The position numbers were made by a program, and so were the translations under genes. Below are positions 25,784 to 37,700 of a stretch of DNA of 64,000 bases, piece after piece. How positions within the stretch are numbered: position 1 is the first letter of the stretch; each line of letters begins with the position of its first letter. The notes beneath the pieces are model-generated. The model was not told the origin of the DNA. It made no database searches and saw only the letters and a list, made by a program, of their open reading frames with translations. This stretch comes from Ruditapes philippinarum. Taxonomy: Eukaryota. The stretch covers positions 1 through 64,000 of the forward strand of contig NW_026860867.1 in the NCBI RefSeq assembly GCF_026571515.1. The letters are read 5' to 3'.

Positions 25784-27586
25784 TTGACTCTGAAAGCTAC
25801 ATTTCCTACCTTAATAGCACGCAATGTTTACCCCCCCCCCCCCAAAAAAAAAAAAAAAAAAAAAGGAAAAAAAAACTTAAGGATATTATAACATGTATAA
25901 TTCATAGTTAAGGAAACCTTAACATTTACTTTCGAAGCACAATGAAAAGCAATTATGACTAATTCTACCTTAAAATCTACATTTGAAAAAAGATATGGAT
26001 ACTGTATAAGCAAAAGTTTTATAAAAAAATAAAATAATAATGTTACTGTACCAGAAATACCAAACAAGGACGAGGTATGTAGAAGAAACACTTTATGGGT
26101 ATTTATAACTTTTCAAGAATATTTTATCATGATAATATTGTCATGAAAACAGACATTTTCTACTTCAAATTAAGTTTTAAAAAAGGACTTTGAATGTGTT
26201 TGGTACATCTTATATACAATCGCCGTCGTTCCAATCAATATTGTTTCTTTATTCCTGGTCTCCATAACTACAAGAAAACTTCAGGTACTGGTAATATTCT
26301 TCTATGCCATTAGAACTTTTCTGGTATTGTTGCAACAAGTCTTATCACTAACCTAGAAGATGTGGAGATCCGCCGTGTGCCACTGTCAGGAAATGCCTGT
26401 ATTGTGGAAACCTGAAAGGAAAAGTGTATTAATACTATTAATATGGATGCAATAATATTTCTCAAATTTATAAAACTAAAATAGCTCCCACATTATCTTC
26501 AATAACCGTGCTGATAATCATTTCTATGCGTTTGAAATGTATACTTAAAATATTTTGAAACGCTACCATGACATTGAAATGCATTACTAAAAAGCCCCTG
26601 GATCTGGAAATCAAGGTACAAAAGTGCTTAATATTAAACTAAAAGCAAACAAAGTATTATTTACAGGATCATTTCCTACATTTTTATTGTATGTGGGACT
26701 AAAGAGGATCCCGTCTTACTCTTATTTGATTACCGTGCATCACATGCCTCATCATCATTAATTTAACAGGCATATAAGAAGCAATTAATATTGTTTAAAA
26801 AGTCAGCTTATACGTATCAAGTGTTGCAACCACTGGACGCAGCTGTTTTGTGGCTGCTTCAAGACGTTTCATTGTTATCATCATAAACCTGATTCATAAA
26901 ATGCTCAAATTGTATTAAAAAGAATTCTGAAGATGGGATTGATGTGTGTTCGGGGAGATAACTCTACCAACACTCTGTTTAGATCCAGATATCAAAATCG
27001 TGTCATTGGGCCTATGTGATTTTTCCAACCATTGGGTGCACCTTAATTTTTGCACCAATGTCCGACGCCACAGCTAATTCATTTGTATGCATTGAAAACG
27101 TGAATCAATGGTTTCCCGGTATTTGTGAATGATTTAAATAAGAGTTTTCCTTTGATGAATAACCATTTAACTGTTTATATATATTTTTACTTTTTCTTTT
27201 TCATGTACTGTTTTGCAAAACAACCAGCTTTAACCCCCATCAAATCCCAGTAAGATATGAGAAAAACACCTAGCTTATAGGGCAAAGGTCAGTATTTTCA
27301 AAAACAAATTAAAAGAAGAACCGTCGTTGGCAAACAGACAAATATCCAAACCCCAGCTCGGCCCAGAAGTGGAACCATTACCTTTTGTAATAAATCTAAC
27401 TATCTTTCGACTCAATTATTTTCTACTTTACTAATCTTTGAAGTTTGTCAACCCCTGTCAACATCATGCTTTCTTTTAACGTTTTAAAGATATGATCCAT
27501 AACATAAACATATTGATATAATTGTGCTTTAATTAAATTGCTTGTTTTGTTAAAATCGGTCGGTTCTACCACAGACAGACATTTAT

Positions 27587-27628
27587 GGCCGCATGACGTC
27601 AAGGCCGCATGACGTCATGCGGCCTTGA
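27587..27628. repeat. 30-bp perfect palindrome plus overlapping 15-bp direct repeat at the B/C duplication junction
   Basis: TCAAGGCCGCATGAC|GTCATGCGGCCTTGA at 27599-27628; GGCCGCATGACGTCA occurs twice. Confidence 0.95.
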
Positions 27629-29226
27629 ACGCGCATCTGCGTCCAACAGTCAAATTATCGCGGGCACATCTTTTACATCCGGGTCGGATGACGTAAACGG
27701 GTCAACAATGACCGCTTACATACGCTTCAGATAATAGAAAAACGGCTTTTTCAAAAATTATTATCATTTAAAATATTTCCATAAAAACCAAAACCGTAAC
27801 CATGCATCTAAGAAAGTCATTTATTTTCGTTTAAGCATTTACTACAATGTTGATAATAACTCTTTAAGGTATCAAAATACATGTATATTCAATGGCATAT
27901 CCTTTACAAAAGCACTAAAAGAATACGTCGTGGTGAAGTGTGGCATAAAAACGAAATAAAAAATAGTACTGTTAAGAATTCTTTCTTGCGAACCATTTCG
28001 GACTTGAAAACCGTTGAGATTATCATTGAACAAATGTCGGAATTGATTTCTTACCAAGAAAAGAGGTATACTTTTGAAAAAACAACAACAAAAAAACCCA
28101 GAGATATATATAATATATTAATATGTAGTCTAGCTTGAGTTAACCACATATATGAATCAAAACATTTCCCACGAAATTATAATTCTGAATAGGTCAAAAC
28201 AGGTAATAATGTTTGTACAGTTATTTATCTAATCCTATGAATTGATACATTGACTCAATTGATACAAATGATTGTATAAAACTAAATCGTATCACCTTTC
28301 AACTTGAAGGCTAATGCACGCTACATATTTTGTCAATTGACATTTTTACTTTCAAAGAACGATAAAAGTTACTTTCACGATTATCATAATTAACTTAGTT
28401 CAAGAACGTGGAAGCAATGGAATGATTTAGAAATTGGCTGTAAAAACAACCGGTCACGTGACCATATGTCTTATACTTAGCATTTAGATAAACCCCATGA
28501 TCAATGGAAATGTGGAGTACCAGCAATGTAATATAATGTAATGCATGGGTAAAATTTGTTCTCCAACACTCTGATATTATTTAGACTATTAATGAGAAAG
28601 TCGCTTGATGATTCCAGAGAAAATTTATACCTAATACTTTCAACAGAGAGTTATGTATGCGCATTTGAAATATTCAAATATATTCCCGATATTTTTCTTA
28701 TATCCGTTAATGTCATCACGTTTTGGGTACTAACCGCTTTAAGTCAAGTCTTACGATTGGTTTGTCGGTGACATAATTAGAAATCACACAGGCATTTTTG
28801 TATGAGAAAAGAAAGAGAGAATGGTGCATAGATAAGAAGTTCAATGCCTTAATGATGATATTACACATGTAGCCAATATTGTATACACCGTTACTGACAA
28901 TTTTGTTTATAGAGATAGGGCTCTATAACACGGTTACACATTTTACGTTCACTTAAATTGAGATTGTTTAATTCCAAATCGTATATATATAACGAAGATT
29001 CATTGAATGAACCCTTTGAAAGAAAGCGGAGAAATTGGAATTATACCCTTATAATAATCTTTATATCGGTTACTTATCAACAAAGAATCTGGAAACGAAG
29101 TGATCCCTCGGAAGCATTAATCACAACAGAATTGCAGACTCGGTTTGATCGAATCTCTTGCTTCTCAACAGATGATTTTTCCTATTGGTTAGATTGAATT
29201 GTTTACTTAATTGTTTGATACTAAAA

Positions 29227-30092
29227 CTAATAAAGTTTCCTTTTAAAAGGAAAGGCTTGCTCAGTTGTGCCATCATCCCTTCCCTTTAAATTTTTTTTTG
29301 TTTCAATTTATTATCACATTTTTTTTTTAATTACGTATTTGTATATCATAAAGGTTAAAATTTTTTTTTTCACTTTTAAAGGGATATGTACTGTAGGGTT
29401 TTTTCGTTTTGGCAGCTGCTAATTTCATTAATAAAGCTGCTTTAGAGACAAGTAACGTTACGTTGTACCAATTAATAAGCATGTATCAACTATGTTACAC
29501 CTAAAATATCTATGATCGACAACACAGGAGATCAGCACGTGGCAAGGTTAATTGTATGCATGGGCTATTTTTAGATTACCTCACCGAGACGTTTAAACGT
29601 CAGTAGATCTAAATATAACTTGATCATGCACTAATATTCTGCGTGATTCGGTTACGATCTTTTGATAAGCAGGACCGCCCTTTGGAGACGGAATACAGTA
29701 ACCATTCTCTATTGTATAAAACTAATAAAGAAAAAAAAAAACAATTATAAAAGAAACTAACTTTTGCGTCTTGAAAAATAATTGAAACGGAATCAAGTAA
29801 AAATAGAAATCCTACTGGGATTACCGAAGTAACTAAAATAGCTTAGATTTCCGTAATATTACTACGTCTGATTCCGCAGTATGACGGAATCGCCCGAATT
29901 GTCACGACTGCAATCGGAACTACATCGGCTATTATCATTAATCCGAAGAGTGACGGAAAGGACCAAAAAGTTGCGATTGGCACGATTGCAACTGGTTTCC
30001 CGTTCAAACATGCACTAACAAAAGTAAGCAGGAAACCACCTAACCGGAACAAGTTTTCCAAAACAAATGTCTTGCAGCCGTGGCTGCAAGCC
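29227..30092 (-). mobile_element. Helentron/DINE-1-like non-autonomous element
   Basis: Absent from the paralogous site near 17150. One end has CTTGCAGCC-GT-GGCTGCAAGCC (subTIR plus inverted repeat). The other has the palindrome TTTCCTTTTAAAAGGAAA next to subTIR GGCTTGC. Inserted in an A/T run. Confidence 0.75.
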
Positions 30093-31203
30093 AAAAAGAA
30101 TTGTGTTTTCCGATATCGCTATTTTGTCATCCATAAAATTCGCATGTGCGAATTGTTACTTCCGTTTCTAGGGAAAATCGTAGTGTAAAAATGTCTATTA
30201 ATTATTTTTGTTCTAGTAAGTTTTTGCACTGAAACTATTTTGCTTTCTTAATTGGGATTTCAAGGACAAAGTACACTTTGTAATATAGAGAAACCTAATG
30301 CATTGTAAGGATTTTTAGTTACACATATATCGCTTATTTGATAATATCTTATCGCAATGTTTGCGAATAGCCAAATTACTATACAACGCATGGTATAATT
30401 TCTATGTTGTCTCATTTGATCAAATACATTAAAATACATTTTGAATAAAAAACCTTAAACCTACCGTTTATGACAAAAGCTTTAAACACTGATGCTTATG
30501 CCAAGTCGAGCTAAAGTAAATTAAGTCAATTATATACAACTTTTATATTCTATGTGGAAGAAGGTTAAAGTAAGGAAATTTTATGTTCTATGGTAGGTTA
30601 AAATATTTGTTGTATTTTTGCATTAAAAAGTGTATAAACTGTATAAATGTTAATGTAGCTTTTTCTTTTAACTTTGGGTTTACCTAATCTATAGAAAATA
30701 AAGCTTCCGTTTAAATAAGAATTCAGTACACTACATACAAATGAATTAGAGTGGGCTCATTTTCTACATGATTTTCAAATATTAATACGACAATCATATA
30801 TTCATCATTTAGATTCATATAAAAAAGATTACTATGATGAATAATACTATTTTGTTCTATAACAATTTTTTTATCTGCTATATAAAGATTTGTGATATCG
30901 AATCATGTATCTCACACTCTTAGCAAAATATTTCATTCATTTTTTGTTGCCTCGTATGATACTTAATACTATCAGTATAATTATTCATGTTAATAACAAA
31001 CCTACCATTGTGGACCCATTCTCTTCAAAGTATGGAAATAATATGAAAGTCAGGGCCTGTCACAATTGCATGTAACACGCCCTGACTTTCTGCAGAACTA
31101 TGACCATGTAGATGAAGATGTACGTTCTCAAATATTATTTTTTTAAACTAACTCTTAAAAACACAAAACAAACCCACTTTATTTGCAGTAATTCACACCG
31201 GAA

Positions 31204-34200
31204 ATGACTGTTTTTCAACAAAATAACAAGGACGAGGAAGAGAAAATTGGCCCAGATGAAATAATCGACGAAATTGGAGGATGTGGGCGGTTCCAAATTC
31301 GGATGAGTATCATTGCTCACATGATGAAAATCATTGTCTGCTTTAGTTTTGCTGGAATGGTTATTTTTACCGCTCCACCTGATTGGTGGTGTGAAAGTGA
31401 CGCCATGCTGCACAATATGACGTCATGTAGTAGATTTGAAAATCGTACATCTGTGAACTACTGTCAGAAGCATTCATGCTACACGGCTAATGGTTCACAA
31501 TGTTCGTCATATGGATTTGATGATAGTTTAAGTACTGCTATAAATGAGGTAACCTTTCTTACATTCTTTTCTTTAATGTGAATTTTAACAAACAGTGGTC
31601 TGTTTGACTGACAGTTTAAGACTTGTTATATGACTTTCTCCTTATTTTGTATAAAGAAACCATGAAGCCAGTTTAAAGGTGATCGGTACTTTAATCAAGA
31701 TAACCATCCATGAGTTTTTCCGTATCTTTCATCATCCGCTTCCATCCGTTCAAAAGTCTTTATTGTCTGATTTCGAGCGTACGGAAATATGATTGTTAAA
31801 AAAATTTGCATTCTACTTTTGTTTTTTAATGTTAAATTCAGATTTCTTTTAAGGTGAATAAATGTCCTCTAATGTGTTTCAGCTGCGAATACTTCAAATA
31901 CTATTTGTTCATCATTCAGTTTAACAATAACAACAAAATATTTCACGTTTTTCACTTCCAACCAAGGATGTTTATTTGCATTAAAAGCAGTTACTGTCAA
32001 CCATTATTTGGCTCGATTGAGACGAGTTGGCGGCATTTCAGTTTGGTCGTGTTGAAAGATCTTTAAATGTTCCTTCGATTAATTTCCATTAAATCTTGCA
32101 TGACAAATTTAGGTAACTATAGACATATTAAGTTAAAAAATTAATTTAATTTGAACATTTGAACATGAAATAAGTGTAAAAATATGAAATTATTTTGAAT
32201 TGTAAGAAATCTCAAATGTGCTTGAAACTCTTCCTAAGTTATTTTTTCTTTACTTTTTTTCCTTTTCAGTTCAATCTAATATGTGACCAAGACTTTATTC
32301 CAAGTACGATCAATTCTATCCATCTAGCCGGAATAATGTTTGGAAACCTCATATCAGGACAAATTTCGGATTTATTTGGACGTAAACGGCCTATGTTTAT
32401 GTCCATTGTTATTATGATGGCGGCAAATCTTCTTGGATTTTTCTCCACGTGTTGGGAAATGTTTGCTGCTGCTGCCTTTTTCATTGGAGTTGGAGGAGGT
32501 TTCTTCCTGACTACCCATTACTGTCTTTTGTCGGAATTTTCACCAGCAAAATGGCGTGTTTGGATTACTGGCTTTCCCTCCTGGCCTATGCAGGGGTGTT
32601 TGTTCTCACTCGTATCTTGGCTTTTACACGACTGGAGATATATACAACTAGTTACAGCAATTATGGCCTTGCCATTTCTGCTGTCTTGGTTGTAAGCTCT
32701 TTGCAATGTTTATATTAATTCATGTAAATCATTATTTTCGTAATGCATGATTTTATCACTTTCCTAACGTTATGTATGATTCATGATTGTTCTAGTTAAA
32801 TTTTATTGAATGTAGAAACTTGAATGATAATTTTACATAAAAAAGTCTTAAAAGATTACATGTGGCATTTAATATCATTTTGTATCATTCTTAAATAATT
32901 TAATCTTCTAACAATGCAAAAATTAATTCTAAATAATAATTAAAACAGTCAACCTTTATGGACGATAAACTATTTGATTTGACATTATTCTTATTGCAAA
33001 GACATGGAACTTCCCCCAATATCATGTACCGAGATGAATACTCAAATATTTGTTTTATAGTGTCTTTCCAGAAAGTTTCCGATGGTATGTAGCACATGAC
33101 AAACCGGAAAAAGCCGGAAATATTCTCCGCTCTGTAGCGAATTACAATAAACATAATGATGTCAACTTCAGTAAGGCTTTAAAGAAACCAGAAGATACAC
33201 ACGACCGGCGATATACTCTTTTAGATTTGTTCAAAACAAAATATATGATCAGGATATCATTGCTTTCTTCTTTGAGTTGGTAAGAATGACGACATTGTCA
33301 TATGTTCTTACATTAAAAAATGTAACTACATAATCATTGAATTCATAATCGTAACTCATGTTCAATGTTGAAATTTGCTTAAGCCGATGTGAGGCCGATG
33401 TGAACTGTAGCTTGCATTATACAGAATCGTCAGACAAATCGAGCCTGCAACATTTTCATTTTTATCGTGTTGGCGTTCCTTTTAGGATTATTATTTTCCA
33501 TATTTTAATAAATTTTCAAATGAAAATGAAGTTGTTAACTCGACATTGATTTAGCGTAACAAAATGCTTCAATGATTTCACAAATGTATAAGTAGTTTTT
33601 GAAAACCAAATCATTAATATTAACGATATATTTGATCTGCCAAATGTGTCAATACTATAATAATAATCACATTGTTTTCAAGGTTTGCTCTTGGAATTTG
33701 TTCTTTTGGTCTGGCTTTTGGGATACAGTCGCTGTCAGGAAACATTCATTTTAATATGTTCTTGTTTAGTTTGACCGGAATCCCTTCTAAAGTGATAGCA
33801 CTTTGGCTACAAAATAGGTACTTGATTTTGTATTTAGTTATACCTTTCAACTTTCACGTTGGCTCTGGTATATCAATTTATTGCCATAGACTAACATGTA
33901 GCAGTGTTAACTAATAAGATAAAATTATAGTTGTATTTTGATGTGAAATATGACGGCCGCAAATTTTAGATTTGTTATACAATAAATAATTTTGTTTTTA
34001 TCTGTTTAGCAATGATTTCGTGCATGAGTCATTCGTAATTTAGTATGATACTTCTTTCATACAAGGATTTAGGAAGTAACCTTTTTTGCAAATACATGCA
34101 ATCATGTTTGCAGCAGATAATGATATATTGTCTTGACTTTAAATAAGTCAGTAAAAGACTTTAATACATTGGTTTCAAATGAATACAACACATTTAATTT

Positions 34201-36483
34201 AATCTTTAATTATCAGTCGCACGTAAATTAAATTAAAATTTACAATACGCTATGTTGAAGGAATACATGACTAGTCATATATTTTATTAAAATTGACGTG
34301 CAGGTTTGGTCGTCGAGCTTCGTGCATGTTGTGCTTTGTTATCGTTATGATTGGAGGGTTTACTGTTGGTATTGTACAAAGCACTGGTAAATATTTACAA
34401 AATAAACAATTCTTTTTTCGAATATATAAGTTTTTTGATTAGATTTTATTTTCGAATATATTACTTTTTCTCGAATAGATCAGATGATTTGAGGGGTAAG
34501 TCTTAAGATAAATGAGGCCCTATCATTAAAATGATCCATTGTATATAGTAAAAAAACTAACCTTAAGCATTGCTTTTAACGTTGAGTTTCAGTTCTTAAA
34601 GAATTATGATAAGCTAGGAATAATAAGTAATCATGTTTCGCCATATAAAACAAGAATGGCTTTTTTATTATGGGAAATCAAAGACTAAATGTTCAAAAAG
34701 TTAAAAACTAGAAGGAATATAATGTTCTCATTTTCTCACTGTTATTTGAAAAGCGCTGCTACATAATAAAAAATAACATTTCTATTACAGACGCTCCGCA
34801 TAAAGATGCTCTCACAAATGCATTTGCAAACACTGGTATTGTGACGGCATGGGGACCAATTCAAACAATGACTCTAGAGCTGTATCCAACGGTTATTCGG
34901 TGAGAACCTATGCTTATTGGGGCGTCCGTGGCCGAGTGGTTAAGGTCGTTGACTTCAAACAACTTGTCCCTCACCGCTGGGGGTTCGAATCCCGACATGG
35001 ACTTTGGATTCTTTCATGTGAGGAAGCTATCCAGCTAGCTTACGGAACGTCGATGGTTCTACTCAGGTGCCCGTTCGTGCCTGAAATAATGCACGGAAGG
35101 GCACCTGAGGTCTTCCTCCACCAATAAAGCTGGAACGTCGCGATATGACCTATACTGTGACGTAAAACCCAAAACAAACAAACAAAACCTTTGCTTACTA
35201 GTATTTAGATACTCTCCGTCCGTACAAGCGGTTTTATGATTATAAGATTTTCTGTTGGATTTATAAAACATATCGACACTGTAAAGGCAATATGGCAACA
35301 TTTTCTCAACTACCCATCTGCACATTAATTTATTTACGAGCATGCGCCTGAGGTGTAGCACCGACCTTCCGTGAGCTTATTAAATATCTTACATTCTCTT
35401 GAATATGATTATTTCGGAGGTCAATAGAGAACCATATGACATATCTGCTTTTTAAAACTTATGTTTGGGGGGAAGAAGAAGTTTTATATTTCATGACAGT
35501 CTTATCTATAATAACTTAACAGTTGAGTTGACTGGGGCTATTTTTAGATTTTACATAACAGTCTCTTAATCATTACTTCGGTTTTGTCAAAAAGAACTCC
35601 ACCAAATGTTAATTGGTAGTCTTTACGTGCAGTGAATAACTTCAATTAGATTTCTATTAAATGGTACATTATACAGCAAATAAGTAATATTTCTGAGTAC
35701 ATTACTACTTAGAATTTATATGTCATCTTCAATCATATTCATCTTTAATCATATTCAACAAGTACATTAAAAAATATTTAAAAATGAAAATGATCATTTT
35801 TTTTTCAACCAAATTATTAGTTCTATGAACAAAATGTCGTATTTGTTCTTAGTTGTATCATATATTTCACATGTTTTGCATATCTATTTAAAAATTTGTT
35901 CATTTCACCTCAGAAATATTGGATTTGGTACACTAAGTGTGACCGGAAGAATTGGGGGTATAATTGCCATGCAGATCGTCTATTTAGTAAGTATCGTTTA
36001 AAAGTTTGAAATTGTACAATTTATCTGCAGATATAAATCTTGAAAACTTTTTGCTTTAAACAAGCTGTCTTGCCCGGTAGTTAGTAAAATTTGGAGATTA
36101 ATGCTTTCATGTGATATTCTACCTATATTTTGGTGAGTTTTAAATCAGAATACTATCTATTTTTGAGTAAGTATTCCACATTTTCGAGAATGAAAATATT
36201 TCATGACAGTTTTTTTGGTACTATTTAAAATATCATGAAACGAAATATATCTTATATGAAATATGTTTTATATATATTCTGTACGTTTTTTAGTACTCAT
36301 ACCTTTAATATTTATTTTCTTTTTAAGAACATGCAAATACCAGGGTTACTATTTTACGTTTGCGCTTTGATATCTGTCGCAACTTTGGTCAGTTTGATAT
36401 TCCTACCTGAGACAATGGACAAGAATCTAACAGACAAAATCAAGGAGAATAATTATCTAAAAAATAAAGTAGTTCCTGCGTAA
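31204..36483 (+). CDS. SLC22-family (Orct-like) organic ion transporter, gene C, complete, 513 aa (recent duplicate of B)
   Basis: Exons 31204-31548, 32270-32691, 33061-33279, 33683-33817, 34304-34386, 34791-34899, 35914-35986, 36328-36483. GT-AG introns, 1542 nt, with a 9-nt in-frame deletion in exon 6. Confidence 0.93.
34919..35185 (+). mobile_element. tRNA-derived SINE (V-domain-like) in gene C intron 6
   Basis: A box TGGCCGAGTGG and B box GGTTCGAATCC; core GGATTCTTTCATGTGAGGAAGCTATCCAGCTAGCTTACGG; (CAAA)n tail. TSD AACCTWTGCTTA at 34905-34916 and 35186-35197. Confidence 0.9.
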
Positions 36484-37598
36484 TGGAGAACACACCTTTT
36501 TAATGTAGTGAACAATTTGTTTGTGTTAAAGTGTCTGACCATTTGACATCATTGCTAAGACTGGATTCTACTTGTTTGTAAATGTACGTTTTGATTAATA
36601 TAGTGTAACCCCAACCGACATCCTCGTAACAACAGCAACTAAAATCAACTAGAAATACAAGTTAAATATATGAACCGTATATGTTAAGTTTACAGTCTAA
36701 AAAAATGGAAGTTCACAATACCTGTTATACAAATATATTTAAAAGGGTTAAACAAGTAGTTTAAATTTGAGCTTTTTAAGATGAGAGCGTTCAGCATAAG
36801 AATATAATGTGCCGAGTTTGAATTTGCAATCATATTATTGCACACATTTATAAGGATATTCTTCGAGATTTCATGCTTTTTTATCACATGATGATTCATA
36901 TTCATTTTTATTTACCATGTGGACTAAATTGTGCTCTGGTGAATCAAAAGTGGCTTACTGCCTTGATCCAGAGGGTAAAGTACTTACACCAACACCACTA
37001 ACCGAATTCATTTAAACTCTGGTTCAGCATACTCTGGTTGACCTGCTGTATACTTATGATAAATGCGACAATAGTTTCTTTTAAAATAAACTCGGAAACC
37101 TTGTAATGTTACAGCTCTTTGCAACAGAAGTGTTAACCAGTATTTGTAAATAGTTAATTTGTATAGCTTTGTTAACAAAATGAAAATAAAATCAGCTAAA
37201 AAGGTGAAGGTAGTTTACGTGATCATCCTCGGGAATTTACTCGAATGATGACCTTTGTTCACAACCAGTGCTTAGGTGAGTGCACATTATTTTTGCTTCC
37301 AGTCCAGAGTATCAACAATAGAGTTAAGTGAAAACCTTTCATATGTTGCTTACTAAAATATGCATTAGATAATCTAATATTCGCGAAATCAATCACAGAC
37401 GCTCGTCAGCTTACTTAAGTACTTGTTCGTCAGACGACGACTTTCCAACATTGCTTGTGGAGGAAGACCTCAGATGCGTCTTTGTGCATTATTTCAAGCG
37501 CCGTCTATCACTTTAGTATAAGCCTCTCACCTTCCTCGTGGTCCCAGGTGCTAGTGTTACTTTATCACGAATAACACAAGATTAAAAAAAATTGACAT

Positions 37599-37700
37599 GG
37601 GTCCTCCTGGGCTCCCTGCGACTGGTTCTTGTTGCTGGGCCGTGTGCGTGTTGCGTTCATTGAACGCGCCTCTCCTTGTTGATCATGTTTATCATATTTT
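37599..37700 (+). repeat. ~100-bp dispersed repeat, copy 4
   Basis: Paralog of 25680-25783. Confidence 0.75.

Larger units (their letters stand above)
16095..27565 (+). repeat. Segmental tandem duplication unit containing gene B (paired with 27865-39675)
   Basis: Continuous non-coding similarity from AAGGTATCAA (about 16099 and 27866) to TCGGTCGGT (about 27560 and 39670). Confidence 0.85.

Noticed and set aside
28394-28592. ~200-bp unit-C-specific insertion flanked by TTAA as a piggyBac-type MITE
   Set aside because: Terminal inverted repeats are too weak to classify by eye.
29843-30094. 83-aa hydrophobic ORF
   Set aside because: Lies within a non-autonomous TE; no recognisable domain or splice context.
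34919-34995. tRNA gene (also 22905-22970 and 60910-60984)
   Set aside because: A and B boxes are followed by a SINE body, simple-repeat tail and TSDs, and no proper acceptor stem is seen.
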